In this document: in pieces, positions 40,786 to 49,720 of the stretch
How positions within the stretch are numbered: position 1 is the first letter of the stretch
How the letters are laid out: the number at the start of each line of letters is the position of its first letter
Virus record (IMG/VR): IMGVR_UViG_3300009129_001478
Coordinates: 1-64,000 of that record
Length of the DNA: 64,000 nucleotides
Reading direction: 5' to 3' (one strand)
Source: a virus
Program-made: the position numbers and the translations under genes
The notes under the pieces: model-generated
Told to the model about the DNA's origin: nothing
The model's database searches: none
Seen by the model: only the letters and a program-made list of their open reading frames with translations

Positions 40786-41400
40786 ATGACAATGATTAAA
40801 GTACTCGGAAAGTTGCCAAGAGAATTAGCCGTCGCCGTCAGCGGCGGTCCAGATTCCATGGCTATTCTAGACTTCTTAAGTAATAATCATGATGTGACCG
40901 CTGTCTATTTTGACCACGGCACAGACTTCGGGCGGAAATGTAAAAGATTTGTAAAGAACTTTTGCGATAGTAAAGAAATTCCCGTTATTATCGGCATAAA
41001 TTATAACGGTCGCGACCGCCAGAAATCACAAGAAGAACACTGGCGAGATGAGCGCTATAAATTCTTTCACAGCTTTGACATGCCAGTTGTTTCTGGTCAC
41101 AATTTAGACGATGTGATAGAGTGGTATTTGTTCTCTTCAATTAACGGACATGGGAAAGTTATCCCCTACAACAATAAAAACGTTATTAGACCGTTTATCT
41201 CTACTTCTAAACGAACGCTGGAAAGCTGGTGTAACAAAAAGGAAATACCATTCTTAGTAGATCCTGCCAACATTGATAGAAAATTTATGAGAAGTATTAT
41301 CAGACATGATATTATACCACATGCCCGATTAATAAACCCAGGAATGGAAAAAACATTCCGTAAGCTTGTAGAGAAGGAATATGAGAATGTGTGTTCATGA
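40786..41400 (+). CDS. tilS: tRNA(Ile)-lysidine synthetase, catalytic domain only
   Basis: AVSGGPDS PP-loop, R.ERY.F, GHNLDD, IRP, DPAN, RS.IRH.IIP. Confidence 0.88.
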   Translation: MTMIKVLGKLPRELAVAVSGGPDSMAILDFLSNNHDVTAVYFDHGTDFGRKCKRFVKNFCDSKEIPVIIGINYNGRDRQKSQEEHWRDERYKFFHSFDMPVVSGHNLDDVIEWYLFSSINGHGKVIPYNNKNVIRPFISTSKRTLESWCNKKEIPFLVDPANIDRKFMRSIIRHDIIPHARLINPGMEKTFRKLVEKEYENVCS

Positions 41401-41998
41401 GAGAATTTTTGAAAATAAGAATCTGAAAGAATATATCAACCGCTCGCTTCATAACAATTGGCGAGGCACATATTTTGAAGATTATCCTAGAATGGACCCC
41501 AAACAAAAAGGGCACTTTGGTGAAGAATATGTTGAAGGGTTTATGGAACTGGAATTAGGTGCAGAAGTTGTTGCTCCAACCAACCCTGGGCATGATCGGA
41601 TTATTGACGGCTACAAAACGGAGATCAAATTCTCTTTAGCCAATTCAGTTCGGACCAAGGATGGTGATAAACTGATTCAGCCTGATACTTTTACTTTCAA
41701 TCATATTGCTGCTGAAAAAGATTGGGATCGGTTTATTTTCTTTGGAATCAACCCATATCACGATCAAGGTAACCAAATCCTTTCAGAAAAAAACAGGATG
41801 GAAAAACCCCCACTTATCCGAGCATACTGGATGGAAAAGAATGATTTCTTAAACTATATCATTCAAGCTGACCGTAAGCCGTTCCGAAAACAACAAGGCG
41901 GAGAGAAATCCAACAACGATGATTATATCGTCCCAGGGTTGGAAAATTTCTACAAATTGATTGATCTGCCGTTTATCAAAGAGATTAATTCATGGTAG
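41381..41998 (+). CDS. Putative PD-(D/E)XK restriction endonuclease
   Basis: KGHFGE...HDRIIDG..EIKFS; adjacent to a methyltransferase. Confidence 0.6.
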   Translation: MRMCVHERIFENKNLKEYINRSLHNNWRGTYFEDYPRMDPKQKGHFGEEYVEGFMELELGAEVVAPTNPGHDRIIDGYKTEIKFSLANSVRTKDGDKLIQPDTFTFNHIAAEKDWDRFIFFGINPYHDQGNQILSEKNRMEKPPLIRAYWMEKNDFLNYIIQADRKPFRKQQGGEKSNNDDYIVPGLENFYKLIDLPFIKEINSW

Positions 41999-42019
41999 AA
42001 TACTACTCATGGAGCAACT

Positions 42020-42913
42020 ATGATTTATCATATTGATGTTGTTGATGGTCTCCGGAAATTAGAGTCTGAGAGTGCTGACTGTATTATTGTTGACCCGCCG
42101 TATAACATCGGCAAAGATTACGGCAATAACAAAACAGAACTAGAGACTTCAGAATATGTTTCCTGGGCTAAACAATGGCTGGCAGAATGCGAACGAGTTC
42201 TGAAGCCCGAGGGAACGCTGTATATTTATGGCTTCTCAGAAATCCTCGCACACCTGTCAGTGAATATCAATATGAATAAGCGTTGGCTAATCTGGCATTA
42301 TACAAATAAGACAGTTCCCAGCTTAAACTTTTGGCAAAGAACTCACGAATCTATTTTGTGTTGCTGGAAAGAGCAGAAAACCTTCTTCAGGGATCAAGTA
42401 AGAATTCCATATACTGAAACGTTTCTCAAAAATGCAGCGGGCAAAAAAAGGAAAAATACAAAAGGACGCTTTGGCAACAAAGAAAGCACCTATACAGCCC
42501 ACGAAAAGGGAGCACTTCCAAGAGATGTTATTTGCTCTCCATCTTTGGCTGGTGGTGCTGGTTTGAAAGAAAGATTCTTTTATTCTCCTTCCCGCGAAAA
42601 GCTGTATACCTCTAAGCAGAAAAAAGCTCTCGTTGTGGATGATACGATTTCACATCCCACTCAGAAGCCGACGAAGGTAACAGAAATTCTTTTGGATGCC
42701 TGCATTGAAGAAGGAAGTTCAGCAACGGTTGTTGTGCCATTTGCTGGCACTGGCAGCGAATGTTATGTTTGTGAGCAGCGTGGTTATGAGTGGACAGCAT
42801 TTGAAATCAATGAAGAATTTGTAGATATGGGAAATCTGTTGGTGAAAGATGGGTTTCCAAACAACAAAGAAGAGGAACTGATAGAATACGATTATTGTGG
42901 GCCTGTATCATAA
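42020..42913 (+). CDS. N4/N6 DNA methyltransferase (beta class)
   Basis: DPPYN, HPTQKP, PFAGTGS. Confidence 0.9.
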   Translation: MIYHIDVVDGLRKLESESADCIIVDPPYNIGKDYGNNKTELETSEYVSWAKQWLAECERVLKPEGTLYIYGFSEILAHLSVNINMNKRWLIWHYTNKTVPSLNFWQRTHESILCCWKEQKTFFRDQVRIPYTETFLKNAAGKKRKNTKGRFGNKESTYTAHEKGALPRDVICSPSLAGGAGLKERFFYSPSREKLYTSKQKKALVVDDTISHPTQKPTKVTEILLDACIEEGSSATVVVPFAGTGSECYVCEQRGYEWTAFEINEEFVDMGNLLVKDGFPNNKEEELIEYDYCGPVS

Positions 42914-42975
42914 TTGGTTAATGAAACCGCCTCATAAGCGGTTATATCGGGGTTCAAGTCCCTGCGGGCCTACCA
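42899..42975 (+). tRNA. tRNA with CAU anticodon, probably tRNA-Ile2 (TilS substrate)
   Basis: ACCGC-CTCATAA-GCGGT; C4-G69 and C5-G68 pairs, A73; encoded CCA. Confidence 0.85.
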
Positions 42976-42977
42976 AA

Positions 42978-43054
42978 GGACCAGTAGCTCAGTTGGATAG
43001 AGCAACAGCCTTCTAAGCTGTCGGTCGCAGGTTCAAATCCTGCCTGGTTCGCCA
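42978..43054 (+). tRNA. tRNA-Arg(UCU)
   Basis: Cloverleaf with CTTCTAA loop; CCA. Confidence 0.93.
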
Positions 43055-43056
43055 TT

Positions 43057-43132
<76 letters not shown>

Positions 43133-43133
43133 A

Positions 43134-43166
43134 GCCTCATCTTCGGGTGGGGCTTTTTTATTTTTT
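43134..43166 (+). terminator. Intrinsic terminator
   Basis: GCCTCATC-TTCG-GGTGGGGC plus T tract. Confidence 0.8.
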
Positions 43167-43201
43167 ACGATCCCTTAAAACTATGTATAATAGAACACGA
43201 A

Positions 43202-43277
43202 GGGGAGTTAGCTCATCTGGTAGAGCGCCTGCTTTGCACGCAGGGGGTGATCGGTTCGACTCCGATACTCTCCACCA
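43202..43277 (+). tRNA. tRNA-Ala(UGC)
   Basis: CCTGC-TTTGCAC-GCAGG; G3-U70; CCA. Confidence 0.95.
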
Positions 43278-43330
43278 TAGAGTGCGATTCTAGCACACGA
43301 CCTGAGCATGTCACAAAACTGCTTATATTT

Positions 43331-43418
43331 GGAAGGATGACCGAGAGGCCGATGGTGCAGCATTGGAAATGCTGTGTGGGGTAACCCACCGAGGGTTCGA
43401 ATCCCTCTCCTTCCTCCA
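43331..43418 (+). tRNA. tRNA-Ser(GGA)
   Basis: CAGCA-TTGGAAA-TGCTG; long variable arm; CCA. Confidence 0.92.
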
Positions 43419-43426
43419 TAATATTA

Positions 43427-43453
43427 AAGCTCCCGATCGGGGGCTTTTTTGTT
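43427..43453 (+). terminator. Intrinsic terminator
   Basis: AAGCTCCC-loop-GGGGGCTTTTTT. Confidence 0.75.
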
Positions 43454-43693
43454 GAATAAGATCGTGGCTTTGCCGTCTATAGGATATCCGAGACTAAAAC
43501 AAAAAGTTCGGATTTTAGTGGGACAAAAAAATAATGAATAAAGATGTTATTTTGAGCGTCCAATTAGACGATCGCAATACTATATAACGCGATCGGTTGA
43601 TTATAGTTTTCCCAACAGTTACTATAAATCATAAATACACCTTCTAGTGTTGGGTTCTTTATATATTTTATTTTCCCGAGGAGGAAAATTATT

Positions 43694-44341
43694 ATGGCCA
43701 TGATTGGTAATACAATTGTTGCAAGAGGTGAACACCTCTCTGATAAATCGGTCGCTGACGCGATCGTAGTTTCTGACGCGTCAAGTCAGGCTAGCACTCT
43801 TGGTGCTCAGTTGACTGCTTTGCGCGCTTCGGATGCTTCCGAAGCTTCTGCTCGTGCTGCTGCTGATACTGCTGTTAGCGCTGCATTCGCTGCTGCTGAC
43901 ACTGCCTTGGTTGGTGGTGCATCTGCAAGTCACAACACATTGAAGAAGATCGAAGATCTTCTTGATGCTGAGATTGCTGCTCGTGGTGCTGCTGATACTG
44001 CTGACGCTGCTGCTTGGGCTGCTGCTGACGTTGTAGTTAGCAATGCATTCGCTGCTGCTGACACTGCCTTGGTTGGTGGTGCATCTGCAACTCACAACAC
44101 ATTGAAGAAGATCGAAGATCTTCTTGATGCTGAGATTGCTGCTCGTGGTGCTGCTGATACTGCTGTTAGCGCTGCATTCGCTGCTGCTGACACCGCTCTA
44201 GGTGCTCGCATTGATAATCTTAAGTCAGGTGCTGCCAGTGAGAAATTCGCTCAGATCACCCTTCAGGACGCCGCTGTGTCTACTGATTCATATAGCCTCA
44301 CTGTTAGTAATGGTGAGATGGTCTTCGCGAAGATCGCATAA
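43694..44341 (+). CDS. Ala-rich coiled-coil fibre-like structural protein
   Basis: GAGGAGG SD, strong GCT codon bias, ARxAADT repeats, NTLKKIED. Confidence 0.65.
   Translation: MAMIGNTIVARGEHLSDKSVADAIVVSDASSQASTLGAQLTALRASDASEASARAAADTAVSAAFAAADTALVGGASASHNTLKKIEDLLDAEIAARGAADTADAAAWAAADVVVSNAFAAADTALVGGASATHNTLKKIEDLLDAEIAARGAADTAVSAAFAAADTALGARIDNLKSGAASEKFAQITLQDAAVSTDSYSLTVSNGEMVFAKIA
43883..44165 (+). repeat. Near-perfect ~121-nt direct repeat, period 162 nt
   Basis: 43883-44003 vs 44045-44165, one substitution seen. Confidence 0.9.
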
Positions 44342-44380
44342 TATAAACTAACGTTTGTATTAGGTTGAAATAGTTTTTTG

Positions 44381-44413
44381 AAAAGGGTGGCTTTTGCTGC
44401 CCTTTTCTTTTAT
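44381..44413 (+). terminator. Intrinsic terminator
   Basis: AAAAGGGTGGC-TTTT-GCTGCCCTTTT. Confidence 0.75.
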
Positions 44414-44448
44414 TTAAAATGGGTGCCCTTAAAGTTGCGAGGTAAAAA

Positions 44449-45078
44449 ATGAGCAATAAAGTGAAACTAAAAATGAAAAGGGTAAAACTTGAATATGATT
44501 TCAAGAAAGCAGAGTTAGAAGAAGCCAGGGATCTAAGAGAAGATAATGTAGAAAAATTCAACAAAGACTTTGAGGCGGAAATGGCTTATATTAACAGAGA
44601 CGGACCAGAGATAAAAATATCAGAGGAAGAGAAAGAAAAAAAAGAAGACAATTCCAGAGATCTAAGTGAAGAGGGAATGAAAGCTTTGAAGAATATTTAT
44701 AGGCAAATTGCCAACATGACTCATCCAGATAAGACTGGTGATGATTCACTTGTAAATAAGTTCCATAAAGCTGCTGAATATTATAAAACAAAGAATCTTT
44801 CCGAGATAGTGTATCTGGCAACAGAGTTAGGTATTGAGCTTCCTGATGATTTATTAGAAGATGAATTGCTTTATGTTGAACTTGAAAAAGAAATAAAAGA
44901 CCTATCAGAAAAGGTTTCCCAAATTAAGAAATCTATTAGCTGGGCATGGGCCAATGCTAAAACAGAAGAGGAAAAGGAAGTACTTAAAAAAATCATATAT
45001 AACTTTTGGGGAATTTCCACAGAAGAGGTTTCTAATTATAGAGATAATCTCACAAAGGAGAATGTAGATAATGAGTGA
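44449..45078 (+). CDS. J-domain-like (HPD) coiled-coil protein
   Basis: LKNIYRQIANMTHPDK...F..A..Y. Confidence 0.7.
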   Translation: MSNKVKLKMKRVKLEYDFKKAELEEARDLREDNVEKFNKDFEAEMAYINRDGPEIKISEEEKEKKEDNSRDLSEEGMKALKNIYRQIANMTHPDKTGDDSLVNKFHKAAEYYKTKNLSEIVYLATELGIELPDDLLEDELLYVELEKEIKDLSEKVSQIKKSISWAWANAKTEEEKEVLKKIIYNFWGISTEEVSNYRDNLTKENVDNE

Positions 45079-45358
45079 TTCCGCAAAGAGAGAAATAACC
45101 TTCCTAGTTCCAGAAAGTGAAGTATTGGTAAGTTATCGTTATTTATTGTTGATGACACTGGGCAGGTTTGAAAAGTTGCACAATGAAGATTCAGTTCCAA
45201 TGCAACAGGACTTATTGGATGGGAATTTGAAAGCGGCTTTGGAAAAAATAGAAAACTATCAAGCCCAAGCAGCGGATCTAATTGAAAATCTGGATCATGT
45301 ATTGGAGCTACTCAAGGCAGAACTACCAAAAAAAGGGGCCAAAAAAACAAAAAAGTAA
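45071..45358 (+). CDS. Hypothetical protein
   Basis: AAGGAG SD. Confidence 0.5.
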   Translation: MSDSAKREITFLVPESEVLVSYRYLLLMTLGRFEKLHNEDSVPMQQDLLDGNLKAALEKIENYQAQAADLIENLDHVLELLKAELPKKGAKKTKK

Positions 45359-45505
45359 AAATGTCGGTGAAGGAATCCCTAGAGAAGACTGGTAAACTTT
45401 CATTTGGAAAGATGGGAAAATACGGCGGCAGATTTGATCTTAAAACTCAGAAACTTACACCCCATAACATAAAACCAATGAAAATTGATATAAAAGACTG
45501 ATTAT

Positions 45506-46729
45506 TTATTCGCCAATACAAAGGTCGTTGAAAATCTGTTTAATTTGTTGGAAAACAGTAGCAGAATTAACGGATGGTGAATAAAGTCTATTTTGTTCCC
45601 CTCTTACTAAATGAATGAACATGTTGTGGTGCTCTGGGAGAGCAAAAACAAATATTTCAAATCCTCCATCCACAGCTATTTGATTAACCTCGGCAACGGG
45701 GGTACCCGTCACAGTCTGCGCAATTTCATCAGTCATTATAATGATAACTTTCTGGCTTCCTGGGTTCCATGAATAAATATAATCTCCATTCATTATCCAT
45801 TTAGCTACATCAACAGAGGGTTCAATACCGCCACCCGGAAGAAGTTGAATACCTTCCAAATATTCTAAAAATTCATCAGCCGGAACAAAATCAGTGATCA
45901 GCATAGAATATCTTGTAAGGATAGGAGTACCGCCGCCAGTATTTTGACTCCCGATAACCGACAGTCCAAATCTAAAGTTGCTGGTGATCGGGTCATCTAA
46001 GAGTGGGGAAATCCCCTCTATCATAGATTGTATTTCATCATCAAATGAGCCGGAAATATCAATAACAAAAACAATATCTACACCACGATTGTCAAAACCT
46101 TCATCAACTTCGCCATCGCAGTCATTATCTTTATTATCGCAGATTTCATCCACAGGGAGAACCTCTCCATCACAAGGACCGTCAAAACCCCCGTCTTGAC
46201 AATAACGAACTCCCGCTCGGCATTCCCCGACAGCCATTGTTCCATGAGGACCATCATAACAGACAATGGCTGTTGAGTTCGCCACTCCCTCATCTATAGA
46301 TCCGTCACAATTATTATCTAAGCCGTCACATAATTCCTCAGAGGGTCCGATATGTCCTTCACAACGAGTGCTCCCGTTATCACACACCATCACCCCAGGG
46401 ACACATAACCCTACTCCATAGTTAGCCCCCTCAATAAATCCGCATAACTGATTTTCTTCGGGATAGGTTTCATCAATATACAAATCGCAGTCATTATCCA
46501 GACCATCACAGATTTCCTCTACGGGACCTTGGGCTCCAACACAATCAGACCAGCCGGCACTTGAACAAGTTTGTGTGCCATATTTACACTCACCCACGGG
46601 CATGCGTGTACTTTCAGGGTCCCACGAACATTCCCTTACATCCCCAGGGGGGCACGGAACTCTGATTAGTTCTTGTTCTTCACAGGCTGTAAAAAATAAA
46701 GGCAGTAACAAGAAAACAAAACGTCTCAT
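45506..46729 (-). CDS. Lipoprotein with MopE-like Cys/Asp repeats and a VWA domain
   Basis: FTAC lipobox; three E.CD..DN.CD repeats; DIVFVIDISGS MIDAS; IMTDE. Confidence 0.85.
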   Translation of the reverse strand: MRRFVFLLLPLFFTACEEQELIRVPCPPGDVRECSWDPESTRMPVGECKYGTQTCSSAGWSDCVGAQGPVEEICDGLDNDCDLYIDETYPEENQLCGFIEGANYGVGLCVPGVMVCDNGSTRCEGHIGPSEELCDGLDNNCDGSIDEGVANSTAIVCYDGPHGTMAVGECRAGVRYCQDGGFDGPCDGEVLPVDEICDNKDNDCDGEVDEGFDNRGVDIVFVIDISGSFDDEIQSMIEGISPLLDDPITSNFRFGLSVIGSQNTGGGTPILTRYSMLITDFVPADEFLEYLEGIQLLPGGGIEPSVDVAKWIMNGDYIYSWNPGSQKVIIIMTDEIAQTVTGTPVAEVNQIAVDGGFEIFVFALPEHHNMFIHLVRGEQNRLYSPSVNSATVFQQIKQIFNDLCIGE

Positions 46730-47196
46730 TACATGGTCGCCTCTATACATTGTTCATATGATGAATACATCATCATAGTCAAAGCACTACTATTGGAAAC
46801 TCTAAACCTTACGCTTTTTAATGGTAATTGTCCTTTAGTATAATTTGCGATTAATACAATTGGGGGAGTATTTTTATCCTGGGAAGGTATATTAAATGCT
46901 AATAAAATAGATTCGCCCGGACCACTTTGGATTATGCCGGAAATGTATCCCTCTTCAATTACTTCTGGAATTCCTATTTGTACTGGAGATGTGTCACCTG
47001 GGTAAGTTGTAATTTTATTACTTATATGGATGACCCATTTACAATTCTTATTTTTTCCAGGGGTATAATATGTGGACTTAGTTGGGACAATGGTTGGATA
47101 TTGTCGGTTAGCCTGTACTTGATAGTAGAGTGCTGTGGCTGAAGAGAGTGCCAGTAATCCTAATAGTGTAACTCGTTTTTTGAGGAAATCTAACAT
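46729..47196 (-). CDS. Membrane-anchored/secreted protein
   Basis: N-terminal hydrophobic helix; GGAGAG SD. Confidence 0.55.
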   Translation of the reverse strand: MLDFLKKRVTLLGLLALSSATALYYQVQANRQYPTIVPTKSTYYTPGKNKNCKWVIHISNKITTYPGDTSPVQIGIPEVIEEGYISGIIQSGPGESILLAFNIPSQDKNTPPIVLIANYTKGQLPLKSVRFRVSNSSALTMMMYSSYEQCIEATM

Positions 47197-47207
47197 AAAA
47201 CCTCTCC

Positions 47208-47468
47208 TTATGGGAGGGGGTCTATATTAACTACCTCTCCCGTGGGAGATAAAGTAATAAAAGGCATTTTCTTTATCTCTTTATTAAGTATCTGGTTGTT
47301 TGAGCTTTTTGTCTTCTTTTCTATCCAGACAAGAATTTGAGTTTTTTCCTTGACTTTGCCAACATAAGACCATTTGCCCTCAATCTTTTGCCAAACGCTA
47401 GGAAAATCAAGATTTAGATTTTGTCCAGAAAGCAGTAAAAGCCCCGACAACATAATGTTGTTGATCAT
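47208..47468 (-). CDS. Small secreted protein
   Basis: Signal-like N-terminus; co-oriented with the downstream pair. Confidence 0.5.
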   Translation of the reverse strand: MINNIMLSGLLLLSGQNLNLDFPSVWQKIEGKWSYVGKVKEKTQILVWIEKKTKSSNNQILNKEIKKMPFITLSPTGEVVNIDPLP

Positions 47469-47549
47469 TTTCTAATCCATTCCTTTGGTGAAATCATTCC
47501 ACAGATTTACTGTGGATAAATAGTATCCTTTCAATCTAGTTACTATACT

Positions 47550-48440
47550 ATGAAGAAAAAAACACCTTTTTACGTCAAGTTTCTTATAATTTTGTTGTTT
47601 TGTTTATCAAGTTGTGTTAGTGGTTGTACCACAGTTAATATTAAAGACGGAGAAAAATCCGAGATTTTACCACGCCGAGCGTTTGTACAAATTCAACAAT
47701 CAGTAGAATTAGAAGGGTGTGGATTAGACCCCGAAACAAAAAAAAGCAAGTGTCAAAAGGCTGTGATGCGTTATGTATCTTCCGGAGCATTTGTTTTCCA
47801 TAGTGAAGTAACCGAAGGTGTTTCTTATGTTTTGACAGCAGGTCATTCGTGCGAATCTACTATTCCAAAAAGACAAAATATTGATGGATTCATTGTGAAA
47901 AACCTCGGATCTAAATTCAAAGTTGTAGGACTCAACGGTCATCAATATTCCGCCGAGGTTGTCAACATAAACCGGCGATTTGATTTATGTGTTCTGAAGG
48001 TGTCCGATGTTTATAATACCCCTCCAATATTGAAAATAGCTGATAAAGAACCCCGAAAGGGTGAAACAGTAACTAATATGGCTGCTCCGCATGGGTTGTA
48101 CTGGCCCGGCACTGTGTTAATATTTAAAGGAGTTTTTTCTGGATACCATACGCGAGGATATTCCATATATACTATCCCGACAAAACCCGGATCCAGCGGA
48201 TCTCCAATAATCAATAACAGAAACCAATTAGTTGGAGTGATCTTTGCCGGCTATCCCGTAATAGAGCATGTTGGATTATCTTCTCCTCTGGTAGCGATCA
48301 AAATTTTCCTGAAGAAGTCTATAGCCTTGGGAGAGATGGCTTTGTGGGAAAAATCAAACATTCCCAAAGCAAATACTCAGATTGACAGGTTGTGGATAAA
48401 AGAAATGAAGTCAAAACTTGATCAAGCTTTCGGGCAATGA
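47550..48440 (+). CDS. Trypsin-like (S1) serine protease, exported
   Basis: VLTAGHSC, DL, PGSSGSP, LVGV; signal/lipobox. Confidence 0.88.
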   Translation: MKKKTPFYVKFLIILLFCLSSCVSGCTTVNIKDGEKSEILPRRAFVQIQQSVELEGCGLDPETKKSKCQKAVMRYVSSGAFVFHSEVTEGVSYVLTAGHSCESTIPKRQNIDGFIVKNLGSKFKVVGLNGHQYSAEVVNINRRFDLCVLKVSDVYNTPPILKIADKEPRKGETVTNMAAPHGLYWPGTVLIFKGVFSGYHTRGYSIYTIPTKPGSSGSPIINNRNQLVGVIFAGYPVIEHVGLSSPLVAIKIFLKKSIALGEMALWEKSNIPKANTQIDRLWIKEMKSKLDQAFGQ

Positions 48441-48473
48441 ATATATAAGGAAAATCCACAGTAGGAAAATCTT

Positions 48474-48923
48474 ATGAGCAATTTATCAAATTCTACAGCC
48501 AAGCCAACGATCAATTCTACGGCGTATAAATATAGCCCAGTTACTCACGCTCGTATTAAATTAAGTGGAAACACCACCACAGCCCCCATAAATTTAACAA
48601 CGGGGGGTGTTCTTATTCATACTTGTGCAGATTATTGTGTAGATGAGGTATATTTGTGGGTTTCTAATTATGATTCAACAAATCGTTTGTTGACGGTTGA
48701 GGTTGGGGGAGATGGCTCCTTTTCTGATGCATCAAAAACATTTGAAATCTCAATCACCAAAGAAGAGGGACTTATTCAAATTTACCCTGGTGTTCCTCAT
48801 GAGAACCTTACCATTTATGCTAAGGCTGCTGCCAACAATGCATTAAACATTTTTGGATATGTGCATCGGCATTATAGAATTAGCCTTTCGGATGCTGGAC
48901 TCGGCTTTGACGGCTCTGAATAG
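48474..48923 (+). CDS. Putative beta-sandwich virion protein
   Basis: Beta-rich composition; inference. Confidence 0.45.
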   Translation: MSNLSNSTAKPTINSTAYKYSPVTHARIKLSGNTTTAPINLTTGGVLIHTCADYCVDEVYLWVSNYDSTNRLLTVEVGGDGSFSDASKTFEISITKEEGLIQIYPGVPHENLTIYAKAAANNALNIFGYVHRHYRISLSDAGLGFDGSE

Positions 48924-48938
48924 ATAGAGGATTATATT

Positions 48939-49223
48939 ATGGGAAAAAGGCGCTCATTAGGTCATGTTAATAGTAGAATAGGTGACATAAGGTTCAAACA
49001 AATACAAATAGCCCTTCAACAGCTACAAATAGCCAGTGTAGGGTATTTGGGCGAATTCAATATAGATGGAGATACATTGGTCACCAACGATAGAAGCATT
49101 CATGTATCTGGTTCGGGAAACTATTTATACATTACAGGTACTGATGAATCAGGCGCTCCACAGACCTATTATTTTGATGTGGTCAATGGCGAGTTAAACT
49201 TTTTACAGTCAGGTTCTTCGTAA
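48939..49223 (+). CDS. Putative structural protein
   Basis: Beta-rich with SGS motifs. Confidence 0.4.
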   Translation: MGKRRSLGHVNSRIGDIRFKQIQIALQQLQIASVGYLGEFNIDGDTLVTNDRSIHVSGSGNYLYITGTDESGAPQTYYFDVVNGELNFLQSGSS

Positions 49224-49310
49224 GTTCTTTGGACTCTAATGACTTAGAGGAAATTTACTAACTATTTATAATACATATTTGTTATATTTTACCTTAAGGA
49301 GGAAACAATT

Positions 49311-49499
49311 ATGGCAAGCCCAGGATTAAGAAAACGTCGTCGTCTCGCTGCACTCGCTGCCGAAGGAAAGGCTCCTGCACCCGCAGCAGCACCCGAAGCT
49401 GAAGCACCTGCTGAAGAGGCTCCCGAAGCAAAAAAGAGCGCCCCGAAAAAGGCAGCGAAAAAAGCAGCGAAGAAGTCCAGTGCTAAAAAAGCTGACTAA
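49311..49499 (+). CDS. Lys/Ala-rich histone-like protein
   Basis: AKKAAKK repeats; AAGGAGG SD; CTATTTAT upstream. Confidence 0.65.
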   Translation: MASPGLRKRRRLAALAAEGKAPAPAAAPEAEAPAEEAPEAKKSAPKKAAKKAAKKSSAKKAD

Positions 49500-49719
49500 G
49501 GCTCTTCTTTTAAATGAAGATCTAAGAATAGATCCTGCGGCGTCTGTACAGGCGTTGTATGATATTATTACGAGTGTGAGAGTTACAAATAAAAGAGACA
49601 CGAATCGTCTCTCGGTAGCCAAAGAGCACCTTCGCTCTATTAAACGCCATGTAAGATCTCTAAACGAGCGTGTAAGTTCTTTAGAAGAACAATTGAAACT
49701 TCTGAACGAGGAGAAGTAA
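49480..49719 (+). CDS. Small coiled-coil protein with LLNE motif
   Basis: MLKKLTKALLLNED...LLNEE. Confidence 0.5.
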   Translation: MLKKLTKALLLNEDLRIDPAASVQALYDIITSVRVTNKRDTNRLSVAKEHLRSIKRHVRSLNERVSSLEEQLKLLNEEK

Positions 49720-49720
49720 A

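Noticed and set aside
43883-44165. Direct repeat as DGR template/variable pair or mobile-element end
   Set aside because: It is an in-frame coding duplication with no adenine-specific variation and no reverse transcriptase or transposase nearby.
47511-47519. Perfect DnaA-box TGTGGATAA (also 9109, 48391, 52396) as an origin
   Set aside because: The copies are scattered and three are inside CDSs, with no cluster or unwinding element.
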